From: Sphyrna mokarran
Lineage: Eukaryota
DNA length: 64,000 nt
Reading direction: 5' to 3'
Assembly: GCA_024679065.1 (NCBI GenBank)
Contig: JAGIQG010000013.1
Span: forward strand, 23,932,001 to 23,996,000
Made by a program: the position numbers and the translations under genes. A model generated the notes under the pieces. That model made no database searches. It was not told the origin of the DNA and worked only from the letters and a program-made list of their open reading frames with translations. This document shows positions 14,102 through 26,869 of the stretch, one piece after another. The stretch's first letter is position 1. Each line of letters starts with the position of its first letter.

Positions 14102-14440
14102 CATAAGACCTAGGAGCAGAAATAGGCTATTCAGCCCATTTAAGCTGCTTCACCATTGAATGAGATTGTAAATGATCAGATATAATAATCCTCATCTCCA
14201 CTTTCCCGTTTTATCCCCATATCCCTTGATTCCCTTACTAACTAAAATATGTCTATCTCAACCTTGAGCATGTTTAATGATTCCAGCCTCTTACAGCCCT
14301 CTATAGTAAAGAATTGCACAGATTCACTACCCTCTGTGAGAAGAAATTCCTCTTGTCTTTGTTTTAAATGGATGAGCCCTTAATCTGAGATTATGCTGTC
14401 TGGTCCTACACTCTTCCATGAAGGGAAACAAACTTTTAGT
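14102..14440 (-). mobile_element. CR1 LINE 3' fragment
   Basis: cataagac.taggagcagaa.taggc tail; similar to other CR1 copies. Confidence 0.8.
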
Positions 14441-14707
14441 CTCTAAATGTTGATATCACCCTGAAAGGGAAGATGGAGTCTCATTTTAAAGTCTCATATA
14501 AAAGGCAACACGTTTGCTGGTGCTGCACTAGAATGATAGCTTTGACTTTTGTGTTCAAATCCTGGAACCACAATGTTTGTACTGAGGTGAGAGTGCTACC
14601 AATGAGCTGTTACTGCCACCACTAACGTTCAATTCCAAAATCTCTTGAAGCTCTCAGTACTACTGCCAGAATTCACTTCTTCTGGAATGCTTGTGGATAG
14701 GAATTCC

Positions 14708-15395
14708 TTGATTTGATTTGATTACTGTCACATGTATTGGTATACAGTGAGAAGTATTGTTTCTTGTGTGCTATACAGACAAAGCATACCATTCCAAGAG
14801 ACAGAAAGGAGAGTGTGTAGAATGTTGTGTTGCAATCATAGCTAGGGTTTAGAGAACCATTAACTCAATGTGTGATAGGGGCCATTCAAAAGCCTGATGG
14901 CAGGAGGGAAGAAGCTGTTCTTGAGTCAGTTGGTAAGTAACCTCAGACTTTTGTATCTTTTTCCCGACGGAAGAAAGTGAAAGAGGGTATGTCTGAGGTG
15001 TATGGGGTCCTTGATTTTGCTAGCTGCTTTTCCAAGGCAGTGGGAAGTGTAGATATTGTCAATGGGTGGGAGGCTGGTTTCAGTGATGGATTGGGCTTCA
15101 GTCACGATTTTTGTAGTTCCTTGTGGTCTTGGACAGAACAGGAACCATATCAAGCTGTGATACAATCAGAAAAAATGCTTTTGCTGATGCATCTGCAAAG
15201 TTGGTGAGTGTCGTAGTGACATGCTAAATTTCCCAAGTCTCCTGAAAAAGTAAAGACGCTGATGGCCTTTTTTAACTATAGTATCAGCATGGGGGGATCA
15301 GGACAGGTTGTTGGTGAGCTGGACACCTAAAAACTTGAAGCTGTTAACCATTTGTACTTCATCCCCATTGATGTAGACAGGGAGATGTAGACAGA
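14708..15395 (-). mobile_element. Rex1/Babar-type LINE 3' fragment
   Basis: AQSITETSLPPIDNIYTSHCLGKAASKIKDP..LLPSG.RY-like motif; (gattt)n tail. Confidence 0.8.
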
Positions 15396-15719
15396 CTCAC
15401 CTCTTTGGCTCTATGGAGGCACAATTCACTCTATCCAAAGTATTCACAGTAAGGTTCAGATCAGCAAGAGAGAGTCTACTCCTCTGCCACTCTGGGCTGA
15501 TTGCCACTGTCTACATAAATCCAAGGAAAAAGTGTAGAGCAAGTAGAAGAAAAGGAAAGCATCTGAGGAACTTGAGCCCTACCTCCTGGGCTTGAGTAAT
15601 GCAACTCTGGATGAAGACATGGAATTTTCCTTCACTGTGCTGCAATCCCATTTCATTGTGTGATGAAAATTTCCCTGATCGATTGTAACAAAGAAAAAGA
15701 CAAGAAAAATTAGCATTTT

Positions 15720-17225
15720 TTAGTAACCAAGCTGTTGATTAAGTGGGAAATCAGTGGATGTGATGCATTTGGATTTTCCAAATGCATTACATTAGCTGCC
15801 GTCAATGGCTATTGGAATTGAGGATAACTGCATCCATTGAAAATTTGGTTAATGAACAAAAAGCAGGGAGTGGACCTCAGTTTTTTACAACCTGTATTAG
15901 TGATTTTGATGAGGGACAATGTAATGTAACCAGGTCTGGTGACAAGACAATGATAGGAAAATACGGAGAATGCAGTGAGGCTATTAAGGATATTAATAGG
16001 TTGCATGCATGAGCAATAACATGGTAGATTGTTACATTGTATTCTAAATATGAAGTTATCCATTTTGAGAGGAAAGTTTTGAAGAAAAAGAATATTTTTT
16101 GAATGGTGAGAGACTGGAAATATTTGTATTCTGAAGGATCTGGGTATTCTTATACACGAACCACAAAGTTGATAAACAATTAGGAAGGTAAATGATATGA
16201 TAGTTTTGTATTGGAAGGAATGAAGAATAAAAAGGTGGCATGGTGGTTAGCACTGCTGCCTCACAGCACCAGGGCCCAGGCTTGATCCCCACTTGGGTCA
16301 TTGTCTGTGTGAGTCTGCATGTTCTCCCTGTGTGTGTGAGAGTTTCCTCCAGGCGCTCAATTTTCACCCACAATCTAAAAGACCGTGCTGGTTAGGTGCC
16401 TTGGCCATGCTAAATTCTCCCTCAGCAAGAAACAATACTTTTCATTGTATGATTAATACATGTAACAATAATAAATCAAATTAACTCAAATCAAATCAAG
16501 TCCAAAAGTGTACCCAAGCCAAAGCGTGGCAACTAGGGGACTTTCAAAGTAACTTTGTTGCAGTGTTAGTAGCACAAGTAGGCATACATAATGAAATAAA
16601 CTAAACTACAGCTTATCTAAGAAAAAATAGTTGCCCTAGGGGAAGTCAATTGAAGTTTATTAGATTAGTTTCTGGGTGAGAGGATTGTCCCCATCAGGAA
16701 AGATTGAGTAGCTTTGGCCTTATTCGCTAGAGTTTAGAATAATGAGAGGTGATCTAATTGAAAACTATAAGAGGAAATGCTGAGAATATGTTTCCCCTGA
16801 CTGGGGAATCTAGAATGCAAGGTCATTTCTCAGATTGAGGGATTGATAATTTAAGACTGAGATGAGAAGTTTTGTTAAAATTTCTGTAAAGCGGTTTGAG
16901 ACTTCCAGTGGTCACGGAAAGTGCTATACAAATGTAAGCATTTGTCTCTTTATTCAAAGGGTTGTGAATCCTTGGAATTCTCTATTCTAGAGAGGTGTGG
17001 ATACTAAGTTGAGTATATTCAACACAAAGACTGATACATTTTTGGATACAAAGGCAATTAGGGAATAAAGGAATAGTGCAGGGAGATGGAGTTTTTTTTT
17101 AAATTCATTCATAGGACTTGGACTTTGCTGGCTAGCCAGCATTTATTGCCCACCCCCAGTTGCCCTTGAGGAGATGGTGATGGGCAAAGATCACTCATGA
17201 TCTTACTGAACAGTGGAGCAGGTTT
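15720..17225 (+). mobile_element. Old CR1 fragment with nested SINE and LINE-tail insertions
   Basis: VD..HLDF, ERLSSFGL..LEFR.MRGDLI and WNS remnants. Confidence 0.7.
16234..16605 (+). mobile_element. HE1-type SINE (alternative tail) with a Rex-type LINE tail inserted at 16426-16500
   Basis: ctccctcag|caagaaacaatactttt...aaatcaaatc|..gtgtaccc. Confidence 0.8.
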
Positions 17226-17540
17226 AGAATCATTGAATCATAGAATCCCTACAATGCAGAAAGAGGCCATTGAGCCTGCACTGACAACAATCCCACTCAG
17301 ACCTATCCCTGTAATTTAACACATTTACAATTATAAACCCCTTGACTTTAACAGCAATTTAACATGGCCAGCCAACCTAACCCGCATATCTTTGGACTGT
17401 GGGAAGAAATCAGAGCACCCAGGGGAAAGCCACACAAATCCAGCGAGAATGTGCAAACTGCACACAGTCGCCCGAGGCCAGAATTGAACTGGGATCCTGG
17501 CGCTGTGAGGAAGCAGTGCTAACCATTGTGCTACCATGCC
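17226..17540 (-). mobile_element. HE1-type SINE
   Basis: agaatcat..tagaatccctaca ... gcagtgctaacc. Confidence 0.85.
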
Positions 17541-17599
17541 TTCTGCCTACACCTACCATTATTTCTTATATTTGTATAGGGTCATGCACAATCTCAGGT

Positions 17600-17895
17600 C
17601 ATCTCAATGTGTTGTACGACGGATGAAATACTCCTTAAAATCAGAAACATGACACTCGTTTGTGCACAGCATTCTCCCACAAGTGACCAGGAAATCTGAA
17701 TTAGTGAGGTTGATATAGAGGTAAATATGTACCATTTATACTCACCTGAGACAGCAAATGGGATCTTGGTTTAACATCTCATCTGAAAGATGGAAACTCC
17801 AATTGAATCAGCATGAATTTTTGTCCCCTAGAGTGGGATTTGAACCCACAAGCTGCTGACTCACAGATTATAGTTCTACCAACTCAAGCCACAGT
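17600..17895 (-). mobile_element. Deu-domain SINE remnant
   Basis: ggtttaacatctcatctgaaag and gggatttgaaccc (B box, reverse complement). Confidence 0.6.
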
Positions 17896-18165
17896 TGTCA
17901 TGATACAAAAATGAACAAAAGTATGTATGACTGACCTCTATGAAGTAAAATAGGGGTCATTGGCTGAGTGTTGAATTTTAATATAGAAAAAGCAATGGAT
18001 TTGGGTCAATTAAGGGACTGGGGTGTGAGAAGGGGTTCAACCTCAAATCCATTTCCCGGTCCAAACTCACCTCTAGCCAAACCATTTGTGGCTTTAACTG
18101 ATGCTGAAATCAAGTATGTGACTAACCCAATCCAAGGAAGTGGTTTAAAAGTTAAATTACATAAT

Positions 18166-18272
18166 GGGTGGAATTTTTCAGTTCCCGCCCACCAGAGAAT
18201 TGTAGCAGACAGAACATGGACCATACAAAGGTCCATTGACCAAGGGGCAAGCGTGGCTGGAAAATCCCACCC
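18166..18272. mobile_element. Short MITE-like element
   Basis: Terminal inverted repeats gggtggaatttt / aaaatcccaccc. Confidence 0.55.
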
Positions 18273-19059
18273 AATGAGTTTATAGCCTTCATTGCCATTC
18301 AGATTGTAAATATTAACTGTTGAGAGCTGGGTTTGCAGAGCACCAGGGAATGAGACAGCCTTCTAGAAGCAGTAAGCCTTCACAGTTACCACCTGGACCT
18401 AGTGCTGCCATTGGGTTTCAGGCCCTCAGTCTACAACACTACCAGGCTTCCAATCCAATCTCCACCCCTTAGCTCCTTCCCAAAATTAGACCTCTGATCT
18501 TAACCATCTCTTCCCTCTCTCCGCACTGCCCACCCTCCTCATCCACCTTTAGTCAATCAGGTTTGGTCTCTGGATAATTAATGATCAGTGACATTGCTAA
18601 CATGCTGTGGAGTTACGGCTCCACTGTGTGGGGGGCAAATCCTGAACTGTAGATTCTCCGTGTCTTTTTGACTGATTCGCTCACTCTGCACTTTTTCCTA
18701 CTTCAGCGGCTGCTAAATGAACAGTGAAACATACAGCCCATGTCCACAGAAATGATGTCTGCCGTTAGAACTGTGAAACTGAGAAACTGGGTAACGTTGA
18801 AAAGGGAATACTGTATTGCAGACATGTTAAATCTCAGAGCTTGTCATAATATTGGGCCAGTCAAAGATCTGGTGTTTAATGCAATAAAGTTAAGAAGTGT
18901 GTTTAAAATGTGACTTAAAAGCAATAAATTTTTGTCAATAGGTTCTAGGCAAACTAAAGTCACTTTAATCACTCAGGGACAAGCACAAATATTCAACTCT
19001 GATTAATGCTCTTTCTCAAAGTAAAGGATCACATGAATACCAAAGTTAAACTCTGCAGA

Positions 19060-19365
19060 CCATATCTTGACTCTCACCAAATCCTGTTCACAGTTCACTC
19101 TTGTGATATCAACCTACACTGACTCCTAATTAAGCAGATCTTAAAATTATTATCCTTGTTTTCAAATAATGCTATGGTCTTGCTGCTCCCTATCTCTGTA
19201 ACCTCCTCTGGATTACAACCCTGAGATAATAGCACTTATGCATGCCCGATTTTAATTACTCTATCAGAGATGGCTGTGTCTTCAGCTGGTTCCTGAAAAT
19301 CTTTCTATCTCTCCTTCCAACTATAAGATGCTCCTTTTTAAATCTACCTTTTTGAGCAAGCTTTG
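19060..19365 (+). mobile_element. L2 LINE 3' fragment
   Basis: ctacactg.ctcc, atccttgttttcaaat, ccctatctctgtaacctcctc; resembles the copy at 51330. Confidence 0.65.
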
Positions 19366-19377
19366 TAACAAAAATCA

Positions 19378-20478
19378 TCGACGAAGTACGAGCCATGGAT
19401 GTTGTCTACATGGATTTCAGTAAGGCTTTTGACAAAGTCGATCATGGTAGGTTGGTAGAAAAGTTTAAGGCTCGTGGGATACAAGGACAGGTGTTAGATG
19501 GATTGAGAACTGGCTTGGTAATAGGAGACAGAGTAGTAGTGGAAGGGTCCTTTTCTAACTAGTGGTGTGCTGCAGGGCTCAGTACTGGGACCATTGTTAT
19601 TTGTAATATACATAAATGACTTGGAAGAGGGAGTAAGTGGGGTGATCTGCAAGTTTGCAGATGATACGAAGGTGGCTGGAATTGCTGACAGTGAGGAGCA
19701 GTGTCAGGCAATGCAGCGAGATATAGATAGGCTGGTATATTGGGCAGAGAAATGGCAGATGGAATTTAATCCAGATAAATGTGAGGTGATGCATTTTGGA
19801 AGAAATAATGTACGGGGAGTTCTACAATAAATGGTAGGCCTATTAAGAGTATAGAAACGCAGAAGGAGCTTGGGGTGCAAGTACACAAGTTCTTGAAGGT
19901 GGCAGTGCAGGTGGAGAGGGTGACGAAGAAGGCCTGTGGTATGCTTGCCTTTATAGGGAGGGTATAGAGTATAAAAGCTAGCATCTAATGTTGCAGTTGT
20001 ATAGAACGTTGGTTCGCCCGCATTTGGAATACTGTGTCCAGTTCTGGTTGCCTTACTACTGGAAGGACGTGGAGACCCTGGAAGAGTGCAGAGGAGGTTT
20101 ACCAGGATGTTGCCTGGTATGGAAGGGCTGAGCTACGAGGAAAGATTGGGCAAATTAGGGCTGTTCTCCTTAGAAAGGCGGAGAATGAGGAGAGATCTAA
20201 TAGAGGTGTATAAGATTATGAAGGGTAAAAATAAAGTGAAGAGTAGTAAGCTTTTTTCTACGTTGGATACAATAATTATGAGAGACCATGGGTTTAGGGT
20301 GAGGGGGGCAAGGTATAACTCAGATGTTAGAGAGAGATTTCTCACACAGAGGGTGGTGGGGGCCTGGGATGCACCGCCAAGTAACCTGGTGGAGGCAGAC
20401 ATGCTAGCATTGTTTAAGGCTTACTTAGACAGGCACATGAGCGGACTAGAGATGGAGGGATACAGGAGACTTTTCTAA
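19378..20478 (+). mobile_element. CR1 LINE, ~1.1-kb 5'-truncated copy with RT motifs
   Basis: [49 protein letters not shown]; frameshifted. Confidence 0.95.
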
Positions 20479-20771
20479 AAAAAAATTACGAGCCTTGGGA
20501 TGTCCCTGGGAATCAATTGATTCCTGTGGACCTTCCAATATTTCATGGCTAACTTGCTTTATTTCTGCGCTTCTGGGGATTCCATAAATGTTTAAGTTTT
20601 GGTATATCTATTGATGTCTTTTCTTTTACTTTGCAAATGATTTGGTCCATCTTTTTGACCAACAAGAGGCATACACGTGGTGGGTTGTGCAAGGGCTACT
20701 CTTGGATGTTGCTTTGAGAGTTGCCTAGTGCTTCACGTTATTAGTGTACGCTTAAACTGGACCATCTGAAT

Positions 20772-21085
20772 GGGCAACATGACAGCTCAGTGACTATCAC
20801 TGCTGTTTGCTGTGCAGATACGTGGATTTGGGCTGGTGTCTGCGGGAGTTTGCACATCCTCCCCATGATTGTGTGGGTTTTCTCCAGGTGCTCCGGTTTC
20901 TTCCCATATCTCAAAAACGTGCTGTTAGGCTGATTGGTGTAACAAATTGTCCCTAAATTAGATTTCCCTCAATTTTCCCCAATAGGTGTAGATAAAGGTC
21001 ATAGGTAGAGAAGGGCACTTGTAATGCTAAAATAGCGGCACAGGTTCGTTGGTCCGAAGGGCCTGTTTCCCGTGCTGTACTGTTT
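20772..21085 (+). mobile_element. Diverged HE1-type SINE
   Basis: V-domain core gtgggttttctccaggtgctccggtttc; CR1-type tail gaagggcctgttt. Confidence 0.75.
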
Positions 21086-21231
21086 GTTCTTTGTTCTTTA
21101 TCTGTTCTAATTTGGTTTAGTGTCAAAAGAATTATAACTGATTCTTTAGGGTTTTTTTCCCCTATCAAAACTGCCATGTATTTTGAGCAATTTCTAATTT
21201 CATGTCACATAAACTTTTTTTTGTGTTGTAG

Positions 21232-21824
21232 GAGAGGAGCAGGAAAAGCAGAAGAGTGATGATGACACTACTGCTGGTATAGCACTGACATCAATGGCCA
21301 GTGAAGAAGGAGATGGTCTTCATTATGTCATGTATCGTCACTCCCCTGATACCTGTTCAAAGGTTGATACACTTGAAATGAGACTGAGCATGTTGCAAGA
21401 TGGAGCAATCAACTACTCATACGTTACAAGTGCAGAAGATGAGAAATCTGTCTTGAGCACAACATGCTTAATTGGGCAGGGGGATAATGGCGTACAGCAA
21501 AATCTACCCCTGTACAGAAAATCAGTGAATGAAGACAGTAGACGGTACAGTTTGCATAGGACTTCTAAATGCTCGACATCCTTATCACAGCAAGTAGAAA
21601 ATAGATCCATTTCTATCACAGCTATACCTACAGAATCTCAGAATATCACCACTCAACTTAGTTTCAACAGTCCATCCCTGGTCTATAGCACAGTAGAGTG
21701 GGATTATGCACCATCTACGCCAATAAAGGAGAAGTACAATAGTGGCATCAATGATTTAGCAAGCTGTCAAGTCTCTGAGGTCAGTAACATGTCTAAATGT
21801 AGCAAAAACTCGGATGAAGGTTAG
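21232..21824 (+). CDS. Terminal coding exon of a plus-strand gene; probable ROS1-like receptor tyrosine kinase C-terminal tail
   Basis: Strong acceptor (ttttttttgtgttgtag|GA), phase 1, open for ~197 codons to TAG, not repeat-like. DDDTTAGIALTSMASEEGDGLHYVM resembles the ROS1 last-exon segment (…M..K.REGLNYMVL) and DGAINYSYV resembles EGLNYACL. The exon itself is well supported; the identity rests on recalled similarity and synteny only. Confidence 0.55.
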
Positions 21825-22552
21825 AGTCAAAAGGAATGGCTGAGGACAATACAAAGCATAGTCAGTAGCGATCTTTCAGAATAAGTCACAATAATCCAAA
21901 ATAATATCATGACAGCTGCTACTAACTTAGAGGAGCCAGTCTCCTTCTGATAAAGTTAGAATCTGTTTTATCCAAATGTTTTACACTCAAGTTTTTGACT
22001 ACTAAAAGGCCTAATCATTTTCCATATTTGTAATTTTTCTTTCAGATTTTAAAATTGATCAAGATATGTTACAACATGTCTTTTATTCTACAATTATGTT
22101 AGGTTTAGAATGCAGTCCTCACAGGACAGACTCCATGCTGATGGACAGTGTTATTATTTATTGTAGGGGATTGGGTAGGATTCCTGGTTCTCAGTGTAAA
22201 GCTAAAGCAAATCCTAGTGACCGCACATCTTAAACTTGTGAAATATTTAATTATAAACGAGATTGATTGAATGTGAGCTTGCTATAAGGCCCCTACTATC
22301 ACAACCTATTCCATCTCTCGCCTACTCCACTTTTATCAACTGTGCTTAAGAAGTTGATAGTGGCCCTGATGTGGGGATGCTGGCAATGGACCAGGGTGGG
22401 CATAATAAAAAGTCTGACAATACAAGTTTAACCTGGTGTTATCTTTTTGCTATGCTTAAGAAGAGGAAGGATTGCCAGTTCAATGACAATAACTTAGATA
22501 TGGTTTCGAAATTAACATTCACCCCAAATATTTTTGAGGCTCTGTTTGTGAT

Positions 22553-22870
22553 CATAGAATGATAGAAACTTACAGTTTAGAATGAGACCATTCAGCTTAT
22601 CGAGTCTGCACCGAACATAATCCCACCCAGGCCCTACCCCCATATTCGTACATAATTACCCAGTAATCCTTTTAATCTACACATCTCAGGACACGGAGCA
22701 ATTTTTTATTTAGTGTGGCCAATCAACCTAACCCACATATCTTAGGACTGTTTGGAGGAAACCGGAGTATCCGGAGGAAATCCATACAGACATGAAGAGA
22801 ATGTGCAGGGACCTAAGCTGGGAATCAAACCCGGGTCCCTGCACTGTGAAACAGCGGTGCTAACCACTAC
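22553..22870 (-). mobile_element. HE1-type SINE
   Basis: Reverse-complement head, core and tail. Confidence 0.8.
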
Positions 22871-23027
22871 CTTACTTTTATTCAATAAGATGTTTTGATA
22901 AGAAATATTTTGAATTTTGCACTCTTTATAAGGTGTAATTTTAAGAAGTAATTCACAGTGTTCTTTCGTATACTGATAAATCATGCTCTCTCCCAGTGGT
23001 GGAGTTAGAATTAGTTGGACCCTGTGT

Positions 23028-23325
23028 TAAGCTTATTTATTAGTCACAAGTAAGGCTGACCTTAACACTGCAATGAAGTTATTGTAAAAACCCTTGAGTT
23101 GCCACACTCCAATGTCTGCTCGGTTACACTGAGGAAGAATTTAGCTTGGTCAATTCACCTAACCAGCACGTCTTTCAAACTATGACAGAAAAGCAGAGCA
23201 CCTGGAAGAAATCAATGCAAATACAGGGAGAACGTGGAAACTCCACACAGACAGTGACCCAAGCTGGGGATTGATCCCAGGTCCCTGGCGCTGTGAGGCA
23301 GCAGTGCTAATCATTATGTTATAGT
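23028..23325 (-). mobile_element. HE1-type SINE, alternative tail
   Basis: ttatttattagtcacaagtaaggct...gcagcagtgcta. Confidence 0.85.
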
Positions 23326-23971
23326 GTGCTGCAATCCCCTCCCACCACTCCCATAGCTACTACACACTCTAGAGCATTTATTCCTTGTCCATCTCTCAGT
23401 ACGAAGGGAGCAGATTACTAACACATAAACAAATCCAAGACTGAGTAGAACAGCTGCCAAAAATATAGCTCCAGCTTTCTCACACTGATTCCTCTCTTCA
23501 TCCTCTACATTGCTGGCAGGTAGCGAGGTTACTGAAGATGATTTGTATAAACTTTACCACATTAATTAGATCCTCACAATGGACACAATAGTTGAACCCT
23601 GCCAAAATGAAAACATCTAGGACATAGTTTCAATTCTTCAAAAGCCAGATATTTTGCCCGTATCAAAAGTCCCTTGCATTTTTGTCTTAACCTCTGAACA
23701 ATTCAGAAACCCTGTATAGAACCCATCTACACATGGAGAAAAATGAAGGCTAAGTGATAATATAACTCATATTTAAGCCCTAGCCCAAAGTTACAGTGAT
23801 ATTTCAATGAAGAATGTAAAATATAAGATTGATCGAGATGTTTATTTAAATTAGCGCGTGTTGAATACATGAGAAAATTTACCAAGTGAAATAAAATCAA
23901 TGATTTGATTCTGGGCTTCAGTTATATTTAATTCCCCATCTGTTTCAACCTTTCAAATTTGTTGTCCTTTT

Positions 23972-24430
23972 ATTATTAACGTATGGGATATGGGCTTCAT
24001 TGGCTAGGCCAACATTTATTGCTCATTCCTAACTGCCCTTGAGAAGAACCATTAGAGTCCATGTGGTGCAGGTACATGCATAGTGCTGCTAGGGATCTTG
24101 ACCCAGTGGCGGTGAAGGAATGGTGATATGTTTTCAAGGACAGGATGGTTAGTGACTTGGAGAAGAACTTCCAAGTGGTTGTGTTTCCATATGTCTGCTG
24201 CCTTTGTCCTTCTTGTGTATTTGGAAATATTGGTTTAAGTACGTTAGTGAGTTCCTGCAGTAGATGATACAGACTGCTGCTACTTGCGTGTCAGTGGTGG
24301 AGGGAATGTATGTTTGTGGATGGGATGCCAATCAAGCAGGCTGTTTTGTACTTGATGGTATTGAGCTTCTTCGATGTTGTTGGAGCTACACTCGTTCAGG
24401 CAAGGGGAGAATATTCCATTACACTCATGA
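23972..24430 (-). mobile_element. LINE 3' fragment, same family as 1-451
   Basis: Reverse-complement match to 1-451. Confidence 0.75.
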
Positions 24431-24799
24431 CTCCAAAACACTGAAATAAATGGCTTAAAATTGGAAAACTTGACATAAGCCAACAAGGTAACAAGGCATA
24501 ATGACAAAAATGTTGGGGGGAATTCTGCAAAAAATGTTCTAAATGTCGAATTTACATAAAAACTGGAGTAAATCATACTAGTTTTTTCAATGGGAGTTTG
24601 AAAAGGAATCTCCCACACTCTGTGCACTGCAGAGTGTTTCAGCATAAATACCATTGAAAATCAAGGGGTGGGGCTTATTCCTGCTGGAGAGGCTGACAGC
24701 CTAGCACTGAGCGGATCACTGCATATATGCCAATCTATCAGCACCAAGATCAGTGCATTCACAGTGGCTCCTCTTTGCCAGCTTTGCAATTGCTAGCCA

Positions 24800-25122
24800 G
24801 TGGGCGACACATTGGCACAGTGGAAAATCCTGCTGCCTCACAGCGCCAGGGACCCGGGTGTGATTCCCAGCTTGGGTCACAGTCTGTATGGAGTTTGCAC
24901 ATTCTCCTGTGTTTGCGTGGATTTCCTCCAGGTGCTCTGGTTTCCTCCCACAGTCCAAAGATGTGCGGGTTAGTGGATTGGCCATGCTAAATTACCCCTT
25001 AGTGTCAGGGAGACAAGCTAGGGTTGATGCATGAGGTTATGGAGAGAGCACGTGTGGGATTGTGGTTGGTATAAACTCGATGGGCCGAATGGGTCTCCTT
25101 CTACACTGTAGAATTCTGTGAG
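24800..25122 (+). mobile_element. HE1-type SINE within a MITE-like repeat (from ~24515)
   Basis: Head, core and HER1-type tail. Confidence 0.85.
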
Positions 25123-26869
25123 TTTAATTGTCTACTGGAGGCTGATAATTGCAAGAAATTGATCAGAATTTTAATAAACGGAAACGTATTGAGGGCAATG
25201 AACACCTCTAAAAGCACCTTGAAAATTCTAACTCTCATACTGAATTTCACAGAAAGTTCATTGCAGTGTTAATGTAAGCCTTACTTGTGACTAATAAATA
25301 AACTTTAACTGGAATAATGAGTTCATAACATCATCTTGATAAAACAAAGCATCCCGAATGCAGTTACTAATTTTCCGGGAGCCAGATCTACCCAAATGCT
25401 AATCCTTGGCAACTTGGCGCCTCATTCAGAAATGCAAGGAGTGTGTTTTTAACTGACAGATCACTGACTACCAGGACTAGCAATCAATAAGTTCAAATAT
25501 GAGCCTGCATGGCAGTTATAGCTGCCAATAATCAGTATCATCCCTGATGGCGTTTGTGACTGAGATACACAGCACATGTTATTTGAAAACACAAAAGCAG
25601 GTCTTTAAACCACATAAAGGCCTCAGCTCAGTCAAAGCAGTGTATTAAGCAGGAAGAGTGGGTTTCCAGTTTTTTACCCGCAGAAGTGTGTTTTCAACAC
25701 CTTTGATTTCAAGACTGTGTTGTTAGGATATTCAGCAAATCGAAAGAGGTTTCACCTTAAACAAACTGGCCAATTTCAGATGAGTTAGGAACAGCACTGA
25801 CCTTTGACACCAGTGTCAGAATGAACTTCTCAAAATAATGATCTGGTCCATGAGATTAACTTCCAGAGTGGAGAAATGGATAAATTGCAGAAGATTACTG
25901 CATGGATTTAAAATGAGCTTATTTAAACTCTATAGCTGAGGTTTGTAGCATAATCACCCCCAGACAGTCAACTGTATCCAGGTCGTCTCTTGGGCAGGGT
26001 GCCACATTGACTCTACCTAAGGGGCATCCCCCCAATTTCCTGGGGTGATCTCAGCGGCCTCTCTTCCCTACAGTTGGGTTGAGCCACCTGCTCTTCATTA
26101 GCGGGGATCAGGAGTAAACGCACTGGTGGAAACCATTTCTGATGGGGCTGAGCTGATTATGTTAAAAAACTTTGTGCTGGAGATGTGTAGAAACCATGAT
26201 GCTCCCACTGGTGTCTTTTGGTTCATTGTGCTACTCAAGCAGCACAGCTGGCTGGGAGAATCCCCGCCCCACGCCCCCATAACTTTATAACGCTAAGTTC
26301 ATAAAAACAAATTGATGACAATTTGAGGATATTCAAGTATGGTAGGTGTCTAAATTAAATTTAAGTTTGTTTATTAGTGTAACAAATAGGTTTACATTGA
26401 CACTGCAAAGAAGTTACTGTGAAAATCCCCTAGGATTAGGAACAGTTCAATTACTTGGGAAGGATTTTTAAAATTAATTTATGGGAAGTGGGCAAGGCCA
26501 GCATTTATTGTCCATCTCTAGTTGCCCTTGACAGTGATAGCTGTCTTCTTGAAACACTGCAGTCATAGCATTGCCCAAGGGGCACTTGAGCACTGCTCAC
26601 CAGATTGGATAGTGCCAAGAGGACAGGATTAGAGTACACCCAAGGTGCTGTTAGGGAGGGAGCACTTTTGTCTGCCAAAGGGTGGAGCAGCCACCACATG
26701 TGTAATAATTGCTGCTCCTAGAACCTAATGAGCACTCAGAACTTCATTGCTCAAAGGTTGTTTATTCTGAAACAGTGCTGGAGCATGAATCGGGGCACTT
26801 GGAGAACCTTGGGCTACAAGTCTTATCGGATGTTCTTCCAATGGAGGGAAGGGGTGGTAACAGCATACC

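Larger units (their letters stand above)
13575..14615 (-). mobile_element. Deu-domain SINE (SacSINE1/AmnSINE-like) interrupted by an HE1 SINE and a CR1 fragment
   Basis: Reverse complement gives a tRNA head (gctcattggtagcactctc), a Deu-like core (atgagac..taaa..gag; ccatggcactattt..aagaag) and an L2-like tail, in three pieces. Confidence 0.65.

Noticed and set aside
19378-20478. Active reverse transcriptase gene
   Set aside because: 5'-truncated, frameshifted and internally deleted CR1.
1-21231. Upstream kinase-domain exons of the plus-strand gene
   Set aside because: Candidates near 4635, 7138, 7352, 8200 and 18707 hit stops or lack kinase motifs; the previous exon is probably outside the window.
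21232-21824. CADM2 or AKAP11 last exon (known VGLL3 neighbours in human and teleosts)
   Set aside because: No resemblance to their recalled C-termini (…KKEYFI; …FDWLLE).
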